DNA of 64,000 nucleotides from an uncultured Gemmatimonadaceae bacterium (GCA_963829055.1 CAWHHI010000004.1:32001-96000), one strand, 5' to 3'. Counted from the stretch's first letter, positions 1 to 11,492 are shown. Notes: generated by a model from the sequence alone, not told the origin. Made by a program: numbers and translations.

Positions 1-1
1 T

Positions 2-301
2 CCAGGCAGTCCGATCAATCGCGTGCACGACACAGTGGTGCATCAGCTGTGGAAGGATCACTCTGGCCTCATCACGCAGCCGGTCGCTGCATCGTCGTCG
101 GATCCTGCGATCCGCGAGTTCGCGTCGTCGTTGGTGCCCGAGGCGCTGATTGCCGATCTGCGCAATGCAGAAATCGGCAGCGGATTCGCGTGGGGCCAGT
201 ACGGCCCGCGTACGGACATCAAACGCTTCGGCACGCAGCGACTCTGGGCCATCACTGCACCGCCGAAATCGACTGGCTTCTTCGCACGCCTGTTCGGCTA
301 G
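2..301 (+). CDS. Hypothetical protein, 3' part (runs off the window start)
   Basis: Frame open from base 2 to TAG at 299-301; protein-like composition ending ...GFFARLFG; followed immediately by a REP-like element. Confidence 0.6.
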   Translation, partial: PGSPINRVHDTVVHQLWKDHSGLITQPVAASSSDPAIREFASSLVPEALIADLRNAEIGSGFAWGQYGPRTDIKRFGTQRLWAITAPPKSTGFFARLFG

Positions 302-303
302 GC

Positions 304-452
304 TGTCATTCCGAGCGAGCGACAGCGAGTCGAGGAACGGTTGTCATTCCGAGCGCAGTCGAGGAATCGCGATCATACGGGCAGAGGGGCCCCTCTATCG
401 GGACGATCGCGATTCCTCGACTGCGCGCCTCCGGCGCTCCGCTCGGAATGAC
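304..452. repeat. REP-like palindromic element, family A (TGTCATTCCGAGCG...CGCTCGGAATGAC)
   Basis: Duplicated left end TGTCATTCCGAGCG; inner arms GTCGAGGAATCGCG / CGCGATTCCTCGAC; second copy at 12977-13130. Confidence 0.85.
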
Positions 453-529
453 TACGGTTCATGCTGCCTACAGGATCGTTCTCGTACACTGAACGGCTGA
501 TCACCCCAGTCCCCATGACCGAGGCGCGA

Positions 530-1564
530 ATGATTCGAGCTGTGGTTGTCGCAAGCGCGATGCTTGCCCTTGGCGTCGCGGTTCATACCGCTGACGCGCA
601 GACGTTCAAGGTTGCCAAGTACAACATTGGTGGCGAAGGCGGTACCGACTACGTGACGGCCGAAGCAGGAACGGGCCGAGTGTTCGTGTCGCGCGGGACT
701 CACGTGATGGTCGTCGACGGGCCGACGGGGAAGGTGCTCGGCGACATTCCCGACACGCCGCGCATGCACGGCGTTGGCATTGCCGCGAAGCACAATCATG
801 GCTTCACGACGAACGCCGGAGATTCCACCGTCACGATGTTCGATCTCAAGACGCTCGCCGTGATCAAGAAGATCCCGGTCAAGGTCGGTGGTCTCGACGG
901 GATCATGTACGACGACTACAGCGATCGCATCATCCTCACGAATCACAGTCGCCCGATCGGCACCGCCGTCGCGCTCGACGCAAATACCGGCGACATCGTC
1001 GGGACCGCGGAGCTCGAGGACATCGCGCCCGAGGGTGCGGCGAGCGATGGTAAGGGAAAGCTCTTCGTGAACAACGAGGAGAAGAACACGATCCAGGTGC
1101 TCGACGCGAAGTCGATGAAGGTGCTCGCGTCGTGGCCGCTCGCGCCGTGCGAGGGTCCGACCGGTATCGCCTATGATCGCAAGACGGACCGCATCTTCTC
1201 GGGCTGCGGAAAGACGTCGGTCGTCGTGGACGCGAAGACGGGCAAGGTCGTCGCACAGATCGCGAACGGTGACGGTGTCGACGCGCTCGGTTTCGATCCG
1301 GCGCAGAAGCTGATCTATATTCCCGCGGGGCGCGACGGCAACGTGACGGTCGTACACCAGGACTCGCCGGACAAGTACACGGTGGTCGCCACGGTGCAGA
1401 CGATGGTGGGCGCAAAAACGATCACGGTGGATCCCGTGACGCATAACGCGTATCTGTTCCAGCCCGAGTACGGTCCCGCTCCGGCCGGCGCGCCTCCGGG
1501 TCCTGGGGGACGTCCAGCGCGAGGTCCGGTGGTCGCGGGTTGGTTCTTCACGATAACCCACTGA
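530..1564 (+). CDS. Secreted YncE/YVTN-family beta-propeller protein
   Basis: Signal-peptide-like N-terminus, repeated V-D-x-K-T-G-K-V blade motifs, GTDY/HGV motifs; GAGG upstream of ATG 530 (ORF open from 461). Confidence 0.85.
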   Translation: MIRAVVVASAMLALGVAVHTADAQTFKVAKYNIGGEGGTDYVTAEAGTGRVFVSRGTHVMVVDGPTGKVLGDIPDTPRMHGVGIAAKHNHGFTTNAGDSTVTMFDLKTLAVIKKIPVKVGGLDGIMYDDYSDRIILTNHSRPIGTAVALDANTGDIVGTAELEDIAPEGAASDGKGKLFVNNEEKNTIQVLDAKSMKVLASWPLAPCEGPTGIAYDRKTDRIFSGCGKTSVVVDAKTGKVVAQIANGDGVDALGFDPAQKLIYIPAGRDGNVTVVHQDSPDKYTVVATVQTMVGAKTITVDPVTHNAYLFQPEYGPAPAGAPPGPGGRPARGPVVAGWFFTITH

Positions 1565-1574
1565 TCCGATTGCG

Positions 1575-1934
1575 ACGATTGGACGGATGGTCGGACGCAT
1601 CTTCTGTTTCGTCGCGCCGGGGTCGGTGGGAACTACGATTGGGCGGATCACACGGAAACACCGGATACGGCTTGCATCGAGCCGGTCTACCGTGACCGAT
1701 GAAAGGGAACGGCCACTCGGGAGCCTCCTGCGCACGAGCGGACCGTTGGGGAACGGCCGCTCGGGAGACGCCAGCATCCCGAGCGGCCGTTCCCATTTCA
1801 TTCACGGTCCGGCGACGAGCCAGCGTCAATGCAAAGCCGTATCCGGCCGTTTTCCGTGTGATCCGCCCAATCGTAGTTCCCACCGACCCCGGCGCGATGA
1901 TGCGGGAATGCAAAGCCGGACCCGTCCAATCGTA
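1575..1934. repeat. MITE/REP-like inverted-repeat element, family C
   Basis: ~68-nt unit TCGCGCCGGGGTCGGTGGGAACTACGATTGGGCGGATCACACGGAAA..CCGGATACGGCTT(T)GCAT at 1612-1677 and inverted at 1829-1897; outer short IR ACGATTGGACGG/CCGTCCAATCGT. Confidence 0.85.
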
Positions 1935-2024
1935 ATTCGGCCGGCTCTGGCGCGATGATGTGTCCGGGCGGTTCTTTTCCATGTCAATCGCCACTCACCA
2001 ATCGCCACCCGCCGGACCTGATCA

Positions 2025-4213
2025 ATGAAGAAGATCGGTTTTCTCATTGTCGCCATCGCGTGCGGCGCGTGCACCGCCGCCAAAGGTGACACCGACAACC
2101 CCGACGCCGCACGCTGGGATCAGCAGGCGAAGAACGTCACCATCACTCGCGACGATTGGGGCATCGCGCACATCCACGGGAAAACCGACGCCGACGCAGT
2201 CTTCGGACTCGTGTACGCGCAGGCCGAGGATGATTTCAATCGCGTCGAGATGAACTTCGTGAACTCGATGGGGCGTCTCGCCGAGACCGCCGGCGAGCGC
2301 GAGATCTATCGCGATCTTCGCATGAAGCTGTTCATCGATCCCGACAGCATCAAGGCGATGTATGCGACGAGCCCCGATTCGCTCAAGGCGCTCATGGGTG
2401 CGTGGGCCGACGGGTTGAACTACTACCTCTACAAGCATCCTGACGTCACGCCGAAGGTCATCAAGAAGTTCGAGCCGTGGATGGCGCTGACGTTCAGCGA
2501 AGGCAGCATTGGTGGTGACATCGAGCGTGTGAATCTTCGCGAGCTCCAGGCGTTCTACGGCGGAACGCGTGACACCACGCGAGCGCTCACCGACCTAACG
2601 AGTCGTGTCCGGCCCGAGCCGACCGGCTCGAACGGCATCGCCATCGCGCCATCGATCACGGCGACGAAGCACGCGATGCTCCTCATCAACCCGCACACGT
2701 CGTTCTTCTTCCGCTCCGAGGTGCAGGTCTCGAGCGACCAGGGACTCAACGCGTACGGCGCGGTGACGTGGGGACAGTTCTTCGTCTACCAGGGCTTCAA
2801 CAACCGCGTCGGCTGGATGCACACGTCGAGCGGCGTGGACAACATCGACGAGTACGCCGAGTCGATCGTGAAGAAGGGCGACAGCGTGTTCTATCAGTAC
2901 GGCAAGGATCTCCGTCCCCTCGTGGTGCAGAAGATCAGCGTGCCGTACAAGTCGGGCACGGGCATGGCGAGCAAGGACTTCACCGTGTACCGCACGCATC
3001 ACGGCCCGATCATCCGCGAGGCGGACGGCAAGTGGATCGCCATTCGTCTCATGCAGGATCCGGTGGACGCGCTCACGCAGTCGTACTACCGCACGAAGAC
3101 CAAGAGTTACGACGAGTACAAGAAGGTGATGGACCTGCACACGAACTCGTCGAACAACACGCTGTTCGCGAGTGCTGACGGCGACATCGCGTACTTCCAC
3201 GCGAACTTCATCCCGAAGCGCGATCCGAAGTTCGACTGGCGGAAGCCCGTGGATGGCAGCAACCCGGCCACGGAGTGGGGCGAGCTGCTGAGCGTCGAGC
3301 AGAGTCCGCTCGTGCACAACCCATCCAACGGCTGGGTCTACAACACGAACAACTGGCCCTACTCGGCCGCCGGCCCCAATAGCCCGAAGCTCAAGGATTA
3401 TCCGGCGTACGTCGAGAGCGGCGGTGAGAACGCGCGCGGCATCCACGCCATCCGCGTGTTGAAGGACAAGAAGGATTTCACGTTAGGCTCGTTCGTGAGC
3501 GCCGCGTACGACAGCTACCTGACAGCGTTCGACGTGCTGCTCCCGCCGCTCATCGACGCCTACGACAAGACGCCCAGCGAGCAATCCGGCGAAGGCGAAG
3601 GTCGCGGAGCAGATCGACTCGCTGCGGAAGTGGGATCGTCGCTGGGGTGTGTCGTCGGTGCCGACGTCGCTCGCGGTGTTCTGGGGCGAGGAGATGAGTC
3701 GCCGAGTGGGCAAGGATGCGCGCGAGGAGGACGTCGCGCTCGACGACTACATCGCGAAGCGCACGACGCCCGCAGCAGCGGCTGGACGCGCTCGTCGCGG
3801 CGTCCGATTCGCTCACCGCGGATTTCGGTTCGTGGAAGACGCCGTGGGGGAACATCAACCGCTTCCAGCGTCTGACGGATGACATCGTCCATCCGTTCAA
3901 CGATTCCGGCCCGAGCATCCCGGTCGGCTTCACGTCGTCGCGCTGGGGCTCGCTCGCGTCGTTCGGCGCGCGTCCGTACAAGAACACGAAGAAGTGGTAC
4001 GGCACGAGCGGTAACAGCTTCGTCGCGGCGGTCGAGTTCGGGGACAGCATCACCGCGAAGGCCGTCACCGCGGGTGGCGAGAGCGGGGATCCGAAGTCAC
4101 CGCACTTCAACGATCAGGCGGAGCGTTATGCGACGGGCAACCTTCGCGACGTGTACTTCTACCCGTCGCAGCTGAAGGGACACACCGCGCGTCAGTACAA
4201 CCCTGGTAGCTGA
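2025..4213 (+). CDS. Penicillin acylase-family Ntn hydrolase (peptidase S45), two frameshifts near 3583 and 3772
   Basis: ITRDDWGIAHI, YAQAED, GSNGIAIAP (beta-chain Ser nucleophile), NPH, GGESGDPKSPHFNDQA; the protein continues across ORFs 2025-3875, 3649-3882 and 3716-4213. Confidence 0.88.
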
Positions 4214-4255
4214 GTGGCTGCCAAGGCTGCTCCGGCATCTCAGACGAAAGGGCGA

Positions 4256-4484
4256 ACGGATGCAGCGGATTTAGCGGATTGACTCCGTCGTGTGTCGAGG
4301 AGGGCAGCAGTGTATCGTGCGTCAGCGAGGCCGTTGAAGCGAGCGTGGCCTTGCCGTACGAGCGTCATCGAGGTCCCTAGCCGCTCGCCTCGGGATGCAC
4401 TGTCCCAGAACGGTCCCACGTCGCTGGTTCGCTGGGATGCCACGTGCCCTCGCGGAGTCGATCCGGCCGTTCCGCAGCATCCGT
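4256..4484. repeat. Imperfect ~32-bp inverted repeat pair between convergent genes (family D)
   Basis: ACGGATGCAGCGGATTTAGCGGATTGACTCCG versus the reverse complement of CGGAGTCGATCCGGCCGTTCCGCAGCATCCGT. Confidence 0.6.
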
Positions 4485-4527
4485 TAATCCCTGCGTCTGG
4501 ATGTCCGCCGATGCAGTTCGCGGCGTC

Positions 4528-6050
4528 CTACGGTGCACGCCACTCGGCCGCTCCGCTCGCGTTGCCCGCGACATCGATGGCATTCATGAGCACCCGCGAT
4601 GTCCCAGCAGGCAGCCCGACCGATCGCTCGGCCCCGAACACCACGCGTGTCGTCCAGCCCGCAGCGCCCTGTGATCGCACGACCCACCAGCGTGGCGGCT
4701 CGTCATCGCCCGGCGTCATCGCCAGCAATCCATTCGCGACGGTGATCGTGGGCGTCGGCGGTGCAGCTCCGTCGAGCCACGTGTACGCTGGCGGAATAGC
4801 CCGTAAACGGTAGAGATCAGCGGCCAACGACGCCGCCACGGCGCCACCGCCACGCGTCAGCGTGGACGTCGTGTTGTACAACAGATGCCCCGTCCCACCG
4901 GCACGCGTGCGCGTTAGGCTCACCTGGCTCGGGATCTCGCTCGTCCCGAACGCGCTCGATGTCCCGTCGCCCACGCGATACGCAGCAAGGCCCGGCCACA
5001 CGTGCCGCCCGCGCGCGTTCTGCGCCAGCCACCAGTCGAACAGAGCAGGGAAGCTTTGTTGCGGCGCCGAGATCGCCCAGTAGAGCTGCGGCGCGAGATA
5101 GTCGACCCAGCCCTGCTGCAGCCACTTCCGCGAGTCGGCGTAGATCTCGGCGTACGCGTCGAGGCCGGCGACGCCGTTCGGACTCCCCGGACGCCAGATG
5201 CCGAACGGCGAGATCCCGACCGCGATGGTCGGCTTGATCGCGTGAACCTCGCGATACATGCGCTCGACGAAGCGGTCGACGTTCGCGCGCCGCCAGTCGG
5301 CGATCGTTAGGCCGCGCGCCACTCCGGCAGGTAAGTCGCGGTGTCGGGAAACTCGATGGCACGGTTCGCCGCGTCCGTCTGCCGATACGGGTAGAAGTAG
5401 TCGTCCGCGTGGACGCCATCCACGTCGTACCGCTGCACGATGTCCGCGATCACGCGCATGACGTGATCGTGCACCGCCGGCTCGCCCGGGTCGAGCCAGA
5501 TCATGCTGCCGTACACGCGCACGATGTCACGACGCGTCCTGAACAGATGCGTCGGCGCGAGGCGAGTGGTGTCGGACGCGTTTCCAGCGCGAAAGGGGTT
5601 GATCCAGGCGTGCAACTGGAGGCCGCGCGCATGCGCCTCCTGCACGGCGAACGCGAGCGGATCGTAGCCGGGATCGGCCCCCTGCGTGCCGGTCAGCAAC
5701 GCGGCCCAGGGCTCGAGGCTCGACTGGTAGACGGCGTCCGACGCCGGTCGGACCTGCAACAGGATCGCGTTGAATCCGGCCGCTGCCGCACGATCGAGAA
5801 TGCTCACGAGCTCCGCGCGTTGCTGAGCCGGCGTGAGCGTCGTGCGTGATGGCCAGTCGATGTTGGCGACGGTCGCCACCCAGAGCCCACGCATCTCGCG
5901 TTGGATCGCGGGCGGGTTGGGGTCGGGAGTGATCACAGGCGGTGCAGTGAACTCCTTCGAGTCGGAGCATGCGGCGAAGAGCACGAGCTGCGTCGTCAAC
6001 GCCATGATGCCTCCCCATGGCCGGCGCCTAACGTGGGTCAGCAATTCCAT
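4528..6050 (-). CDS. Glycoside hydrolase-like family 10 (DUF187, YddW/DigH-like) lipoprotein, frameshift near 5318
   Basis: REMRGLWVATVANIDWPS, QVRP, HAWINPFR, YDVDGVHADDYFYPY, GISPFGIW, WVDYLAPQLYW; lipobox-like FAAC. Confidence 0.88.
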
Positions 6051-6126
6051 CTGAGTCACTGCGCGTGAGGGCTGGCATCGACCGAAGTGTGATGAACGAT
6101 ATACACGGACGGCGAGTATGCATCTG

Positions 6127-6430
6127 TCGCGCGGCGGCCTGGTGGGAACTACGATCGGGCGGATCTGTACTGCGAAACTGGCCGGATACGGCTTTGCATT
6201 CACGCATCATCGCGCCGCGGCCGGGGAACTACGATTGGGCGGATGAAACGGAAGAATCAGGATACCGCCTCGGGACGCATCTGGACGTCCTCCGCGACGG
6301 CGGCCGTTCCCATTCATTCAGGTCCGCGGCACGAGCCAGCGTCGATGCAAAGCCGTATCCGGCCGTTTTCCGTGTCATCCGCAAGATCGTAGTTCCCACC
6401 GGCCGCGGCGCGACGATGCGCGGATGCAAT
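6127..6430. repeat. MITE/REP-like element, family C (two tandem units plus one inverted unit)
   Basis: Units at ~6127-6199 and ~6210-6270 (+) and 6345-6413 (-); internal segment CGGCCGTTCCCATT..CATTCA..GGTCC..CGAGCCAGCGTC shared with the 1575-1934 copy. Confidence 0.85.
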
Positions 6431-6517
6431 GATTTGATGCTGCCCGCGACGGGATGATGACACACATCCCAGCATCGCAGTGCACCTTCCGCGCACATCG
6501 CCCCACGGAGAAAGAAC

Positions 6518-7048
6518 ATGCACACGGTATGGAGTCGCGGTCGCCTCCTCGGACAATCGGAGCTCGGCCCCGAACGCTCGTTCCCGGGCATGCGGATGGG
6601 AGACTTCGAGCCGTCACCGATCGGCGAACGGCTCCTCCCCGTCATCCTCGGTGTCTCGCCGGCGGTGAAAGCGCTGTGCGAGATCGTCATCAACGCCCGC
6701 GAGGAGATCGAGCAGAAGGGTGGGACACCACCCGTCGGCGAATATCCGGATGCCGTTCGCCAGACCACCGAGTACGCGGACGCGGTTTCGATCCAGGATG
6801 AGGTCGAGAGCCTCGCGCTGGAGCTACGCGACGAGCACGGCAACGTCGTCGCCACCGACTGGATCTCCTTCCAGGACGGCCATCGGCTCGCCGCGCTCGC
6901 TCGCGAGGAAATGGCGGCGATCGACCCCGACCTCGAGTTCGACGACGACCTCGAGCCTTGGGAGCCCGAGCCACCTCGGTACCAGATCCTGGTCGCGCTC
7001 GAAGGGTTCGAGAAACGGATGGACCGTCGGGCCAGTCGGCGGAAATAA
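6518..7048 (+). CDS. Hypothetical protein
   Basis: 176-aa ORF, GGAGAAAG upstream, host-like codon use, acidic C-terminal half. Confidence 0.7.
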   Translation: MHTVWSRGRLLGQSELGPERSFPGMRMGDFEPSPIGERLLPVILGVSPAVKALCEIVINAREEIEQKGGTPPVGEYPDAVRQTTEYADAVSIQDEVESLALELRDEHGNVVATDWISFQDGHRLAALAREEMAAIDPDLEFDDDLEPWEPEPPRYQILVALEGFEKRMDRRASRRK

Positions 7049-7137
7049 TTGCGAGGCGTGTGAACCTTTTCGGTGCTCGCTCCGTCAAATCGAAACAGTC
7101 AGACGGCTGGCGTAGCGGTCCAGTCGATCGTGCTGTA

Positions 7138-7154
7138 TTTCTACAATGTAGAAA
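7138..7154. promoter_or_regulatory. Putative PadR operator palindrome TTTCTACA-A-TGTAGAAA
   Basis: Perfect 8-1-8 AT-rich palindrome 30 bp upstream of the permease-PadR operon. Confidence 0.6.
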
Positions 7155-7184
7155 CATCCACGTGCCGAATTCCGTTGTACCCGA

Positions 7185-9842
7185 ATGACCGCACCCGCCG
7201 TACTTCCCACGCCTCCTCGACTGCCAACGTCCGTGCTTCGTGCGTTGCTCCCGGTCGCCGAACGCGACGAGGTGCTTGCCGACCTCGCGGCGGAGTTCGC
7301 TTATCGGGCGGCTGAATTCGGGCGGCGGCAGGCGGACGTCTGGTACTGGCGACAAACCGTGTCATCGGCTCCTTCCCTCGTTCGCCGCAGTTGGTGGCGC
7401 GGCTGGAACGGGTTCGAGCCCAGTGCGAACCGAATGCGACCTGGAGGTCCGTCGATGGAAAGCTGGATCATGGACGCGCGCTACGCCGCGCGGAGGCTCC
7501 TACGCCGTCCGCTCTACGCACTCCTGTCGGTGCTCACGCTCGCGCTGGGCATCGGCGGTATCGCGTCGGTCTACGGCATCGCGCGCCCGATCCTGCTCGA
7601 CCCACTCCCCTACAAGGCGGAAGAAGGGCTGGCCGCGTTCTGGATGCCATTCGACTGGACAGAGCAGGAATTCCTGTTCTTGCGCGGCAAAATCCCGGGC
7701 TTCTCGGAAGTCGCGGCCTACCGGAACGACAACGTCCTGCTCGACCGCGGTGACGGAGAGGTCCGCCTGCTCTCGACGGTCGCGACGTCCTTCGAGCTCT
7801 TCTCCGTGCTCGGCGCGCCTCCCGCATTCGGGCGCGCATTCCAGGCTGGTGACGATGCGCGCGGAGCCGAGCCGGTGGCCGTGCTCTCGTACGGCTTGTG
7901 GCAGGAGCTCGGTGGCGACCGCAAGATCATCGGGCAGCGGCTCAAGATCGACGGCGAGCCGCGAACGGTCGTCGGCGTCATGCCCCGCGGTTTCTGGTTT
8001 CCCGACCCGACCGTTCGCCTGTGGATCCCGCAGCCGCTCAACCCGGAAAGTCGCTCGGGCAACTACGCGTTCGTCGGTCGCCTGGCGCCCGGGATGCGCG
8101 TTGACAACATGGCCGGCCCTCTCGCGGAATTCGTTCGGATCCTCAAGGATCGCTTCACGTATCCGCCGCAGTGGGACAAGACCAAGTCTCCCGTGCTGAC
8201 GCCGCTGCGCGCGAGCCTCGTGGGCTCGCTCCGGCCGGCGCTCGTCGCGACGTTCGTCGCGATGGGGCTCATCCTGCTCATCGCCTGCGCCAACGTCGCC
8301 GCGCTGATGCTCGGCCAGGTGGAAGGCCGTACGACCGAGATCGCCGTCCGGTCAGCGTTAGGCGCGAATCGCGTGCGGCTCACCCAGCAGCTCGTGGCCG
8401 AAGCGATTCTCATAGGAGTGTCCGCCGGTCTGGCTGGCGCTCTGCTCGCCGCCGGGGCGTTCCGCGGACTCGTCACCGCGCTTCCGCTCGGTGCCTGGAG
8501 TGAGAGCGCGACGCTCGAACTGGACCGTCTTCGCAGCCGCGATGGCAGTGGCGGTCATCGCCGCCGCGATGGTCGCGATCGCGCCGAGCGTCGCCATGTG
8601 GCGCGGTGACATCCGCGGGACGTTGGGGAGCGCGCGCACGGGTGGCATTGCTGGACGCGGCGGCAGGCTCGAAGGCTCGCTGGTCGTTGCCGAAGTCGCG
8701 CTCGCCGTCGTCATGGCGGCCGGCGCGGGTCTGCTCATCCGCAGCGTGACGAAACTGTACGCGATCGACCCCGGCGTCGTCACGAGCGACGTCGGCGTGA
8801 TCGATATCGCGCTGCCTAACGAGCCGGCTCGCCCGGCAGCGTCAGGCACTGGCCGAAGTCACTGCCGCGTTGCGCGCGATGCCCGGAGTCACCGGTGCCG
8901 GTGCCACGCAGAAGCTGCCGCTTCGCGGCGGCGGGTGGAGCTCGGGCATCACCATCGAGGGCGTCACGCAGACGGAAGTCACGACCACGTTCGTCCGCCT
9001 CGTGACTCCCGGATATCTGGAGACACATGGGGGTCAAGCTCCGGGATGGACGACTGTTCACGGAGACGGATCGTAGCGCCGCCGGTGATAGCGCCGGCGA
9101 GCCGCCGATCATCATCAACGAGGCGCTGGCGCGGAAGTACTTCGAAGGCACGAACCCTGTCGGCCGTCGTATCTCGACTGGTTTCGGCCCGCGTCTCGGA
9201 CGCGTCATCGGCGTCGTGAACGACGTGGCCGAGGGCGCGCTGACGGACAAGGCAGCACCGGCGCGCTACATGGTGCACGAGACGCTCCCATTCGTTCCGA
9301 GCGGTGAGGCCCTCGTCTTTCACACAGCCGGTCGTGGCGCGGAAGCCGCGCTCGATGACGCCCGTCAGATGGTGCGTCGCGTCGTCCCGGGCGCGGGCGT
9401 TCAGAAGGTGTCGACGATGGATCGCGAGCTCGCGCTCGCCGTTGGTCCAGCGCGACAGGTCATGATGCTCCTCACGATCCTGACGCTGCTCGCCCTCGTG
9501 CTCGGCGCCGTTGGCGTGTACGGCGTGATCTCGCACTTCGTCAATCGGCGCAGCCGCGACTGGGGCGTGCGTATCGCGCTCGGCATGATGCCGATGAAGG
9601 TCGTGCGCATGATCGTCGCGCGTGGCGCCACGCTCGTCGCGGGCGGTGTCGTGATCGGCATCGCAGCGTTCTTCGCGCTCGCCCGACTCCTCGGCTCGCT
9701 GCTCTACGGCGTTGGAGCGAGCGATCCCATCGCCGTCGTTGCGGCGACGACGGTACTGTTCGTCGTCGGGATACTGGCAGCGATCATCCCGGGTCTGCGC
9801 GCGAGTCGCACTGACCCGGCCATCGTCCTCCGAGAGCAATGA
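7185..9842 (+). CDS. Duplicated ABC-type permease (ADOP-like, MacB/FtsX domains), frameshifts near 8518, 8840 and 9025
   Basis: LTLALGIG, VVGVMP, LLIACANVA, EIAVRSALGA, LVVAEVALA, GVYGVIS, GVRIALG, RASRTDPAIVLR. Confidence 0.9.
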
Positions 9843-10171
9843 GCACGGACAATTCGCTGGGCGCCTTCGAAGAACAGGTGATGCTCGCTGTGCTGTTGGC
9901 GCGTGACGACGCGTACGGCATGAACGTGCGTCGCGAGATCGAGACGCGCACCGGTCGCGAGATCGCGATCGGTGCCGTGTACGCGACGCTCGATCGGCTC
10001 GAGGCGAAGGACCTGATCGCGTCGAGACGCGTCGCGGGTGATGGCGGCTCGCGACGCGTGTTCAGTGTCACCGCGGCGGGCTCACGCGCGCTCGTGGAAA
10101 CACGGTCGCTGCGCGAGCGGCTCTGGCAGGGTGTGGATCCGCGTTGGCTCGTCGCGAAGGGACGCGCCTGA
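9839..10171 (+). CDS. PadR-family transcriptional regulator
   Basis: LGAFEEQVMLAVL, AYG, GAVYATLDRLEAK; ATGA overlap with the permease stop. Confidence 0.9.
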   Translation: MSTDNSLGAFEEQVMLAVLLARDDAYGMNVRREIETRTGREIAIGAVYATLDRLEAKDLIASRRVAGDGGSRRVFSVTAAGSRALVETRSLRERLWQGVDPRWLVAKGRA

Positions 10172-10203
10172 GACGTCCGCCGTCGTCGAGTCGATTGCGA
10201 GTT

Positions 10204-10334
10204 AGCTGTTGAGAGCAGGCGATGCAGGCCGTATTGCCAGAATTGGCAAACGCGAATTATCCCCTGACGTGCGTGAGGCGCCGTGCATTTGCCAATTCTG
10301 GCAATGAGGCCGGAATCGCCTGCTCTCAACAGCT
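10204..10334. repeat. Long hairpin with ~50-bp arms between convergent genes (family E)
   Basis: AGCTGTTGAGAGCAGGCGAT..GGCC..ATTGCCAGAATTGGCAAA matches the reverse complement of TTTGCCAATTCTGGCAAT..GGCC..ATCGCCTGCTCTCAACAGCT. Confidence 0.8.
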
Positions 10335-10347
10335 CGCGCTCGCTCCG

Positions 10348-10680
10348 CTAGTCGGGCTGACGGCGCTTCCCGCGTGGCTTCCAGAAGTATCGCGGGAGCA
10401 CGCGGCCGCGGGCGTCGAACTCCACGCCCTCTTCCTCGAGGATGTCGCGCTGCCATCGCGCATCCTCGGGGTAGGCGCGCTTCGCCACTTCGCCTGACGC
10501 GTTGAGCACGCGCTGCCACGGCACGGTGGATTCGCCCGGCAGGTGGTGCAGCGCGTAGCCGACTTGCCGTGCATGGCGGGGGATGCCGGCGAGCTCCGCG
10601 ATCTGCCCGTAGCTCGCGACGCGCCCGCGCGGAATGCGGCGCACGACGGCGTAGATGCGCGTGTAGTGGTCCGACGCCAT
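10348..10680 (-). CDS. Alkyltransferase-like (ATL/YbaZ, MGMT-family) DNA-binding protein
   Basis: VRRIPRGRVASYGQIA, ARQVG, and PWQRV (Trp in place of the catalytic Cys of PCHRV). Confidence 0.9.
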   Translation of the reverse strand: MASDHYTRIYAVVRRIPRGRVASYGQIAELAGIPRHARQVGYALHHLPGESTVPWQRVLNASGEVAKRAYPEDARWQRDILEEEGVEFDARGRVLPRYFWKPRGKRRQPD

Positions 10681-10707
10681 AGCTGGTCGTGATCGTTATG
10701 CGGCGCG

Positions 10708-11266
10708 TTAGGTGCCGACGACCGACCGGACCATGACCCAGTCGTCATCGATGCGGCGACCGAGCTTGAACTGCGCCGTCCCCGAGCGCCGAAATCCGCT
10801 CTTCTCGTAGAACGCGACCGCACGAGCGTTGTTCTGATAGACCATCAGCCAGAGCGCGTCTGCCCCGCGCGAACGCGCCTCCGCAATGCAGGCCGACATG
10901 AGCACCCGCGCGATCCCGCGTCCGTGCCAAGGTCGATCGACGTAGAACCGGGAGATCTCGAGCGCGAAACGGCCGGCCAGCGCAGCGGGCGGCGGCGTCT
11001 GACGCAGGTGCGCGTACCCGAGCATGCCGTTCTCCGCGTCCTCCAGCACGAGCACACGGGCGCCGGGTTCGTTCAGCTCGAGCGTCTGCTGCATCGGGCT
11101 GAACGCGTGGGCGACATACGTCGTCGATGTCGGCTGGGTCGTAGCCGTCCTGGTACGTCTCGCGAAAGAGCCGTTCAGCGAACGCGCTGAAGGGCGCGGC
11201 GTCGGCCATGGCCAGAGCACGAATGCGCGGTGCGAATCGATGGGTCTCGTCGGGCGCGGTCGTCAT
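10708..11266 (-). CDS. GNAT-family N-acetyltransferase, frameshift near 11122
   Basis: EISRFYV, HGRGIA, LWLMVYQNNARAVAFYEKSGF; N-terminus MTTAPD...AERLFRETY lies in another frame. Confidence 0.85.
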
Positions 11267-11490
11267 CGGAGCTTGAGTCGTCCCTCCATCCAGCCGAGTG
11301 CAGCGCCGACGAGCGGAAGCAGCACGAACGAGAACAGCACCGCGACGATCCGAGCCCGCCCACCGAGGCGTGGTACGATGCTGGGCAGAAGCTCGCCGGC
11401 CGCTACGAGCGCGGCGAACAACAAGATACCGCCGATGAGCCCGAGCACGAGGCCCGAGACGGCACTCCACGCGACGATGCTCGTCCGCAC
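11263..11490 (-). CDS. Small membrane protein
   Basis: GTG start with GAGG upstream, two hydrophobic segments, ends GWMEGRLKLR; ATGA overlap with the GNAT gene. Confidence 0.65.
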   Translation of the reverse strand: MRTSIVAWSAVSGLVLGLIGGILLFAALVAAGELLPSIVPRLGGRARIVAVLFSFVLLPLVGAALGWMEGRLKLR

Positions 11491-11492
11491 GC

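Noticed and set aside
1548..6556. Recurrent peptide AKPYPAVFRVIRPIVVPT in several short ORFs
   Set aside because: It is the translation of the family C DNA repeat; frames and starts are not conserved.
10348..10680. Calling this an active O6-methylguanine methyltransferase (ogt)
   Set aside because: The acceptor Cys is replaced by Trp (PWQRV).
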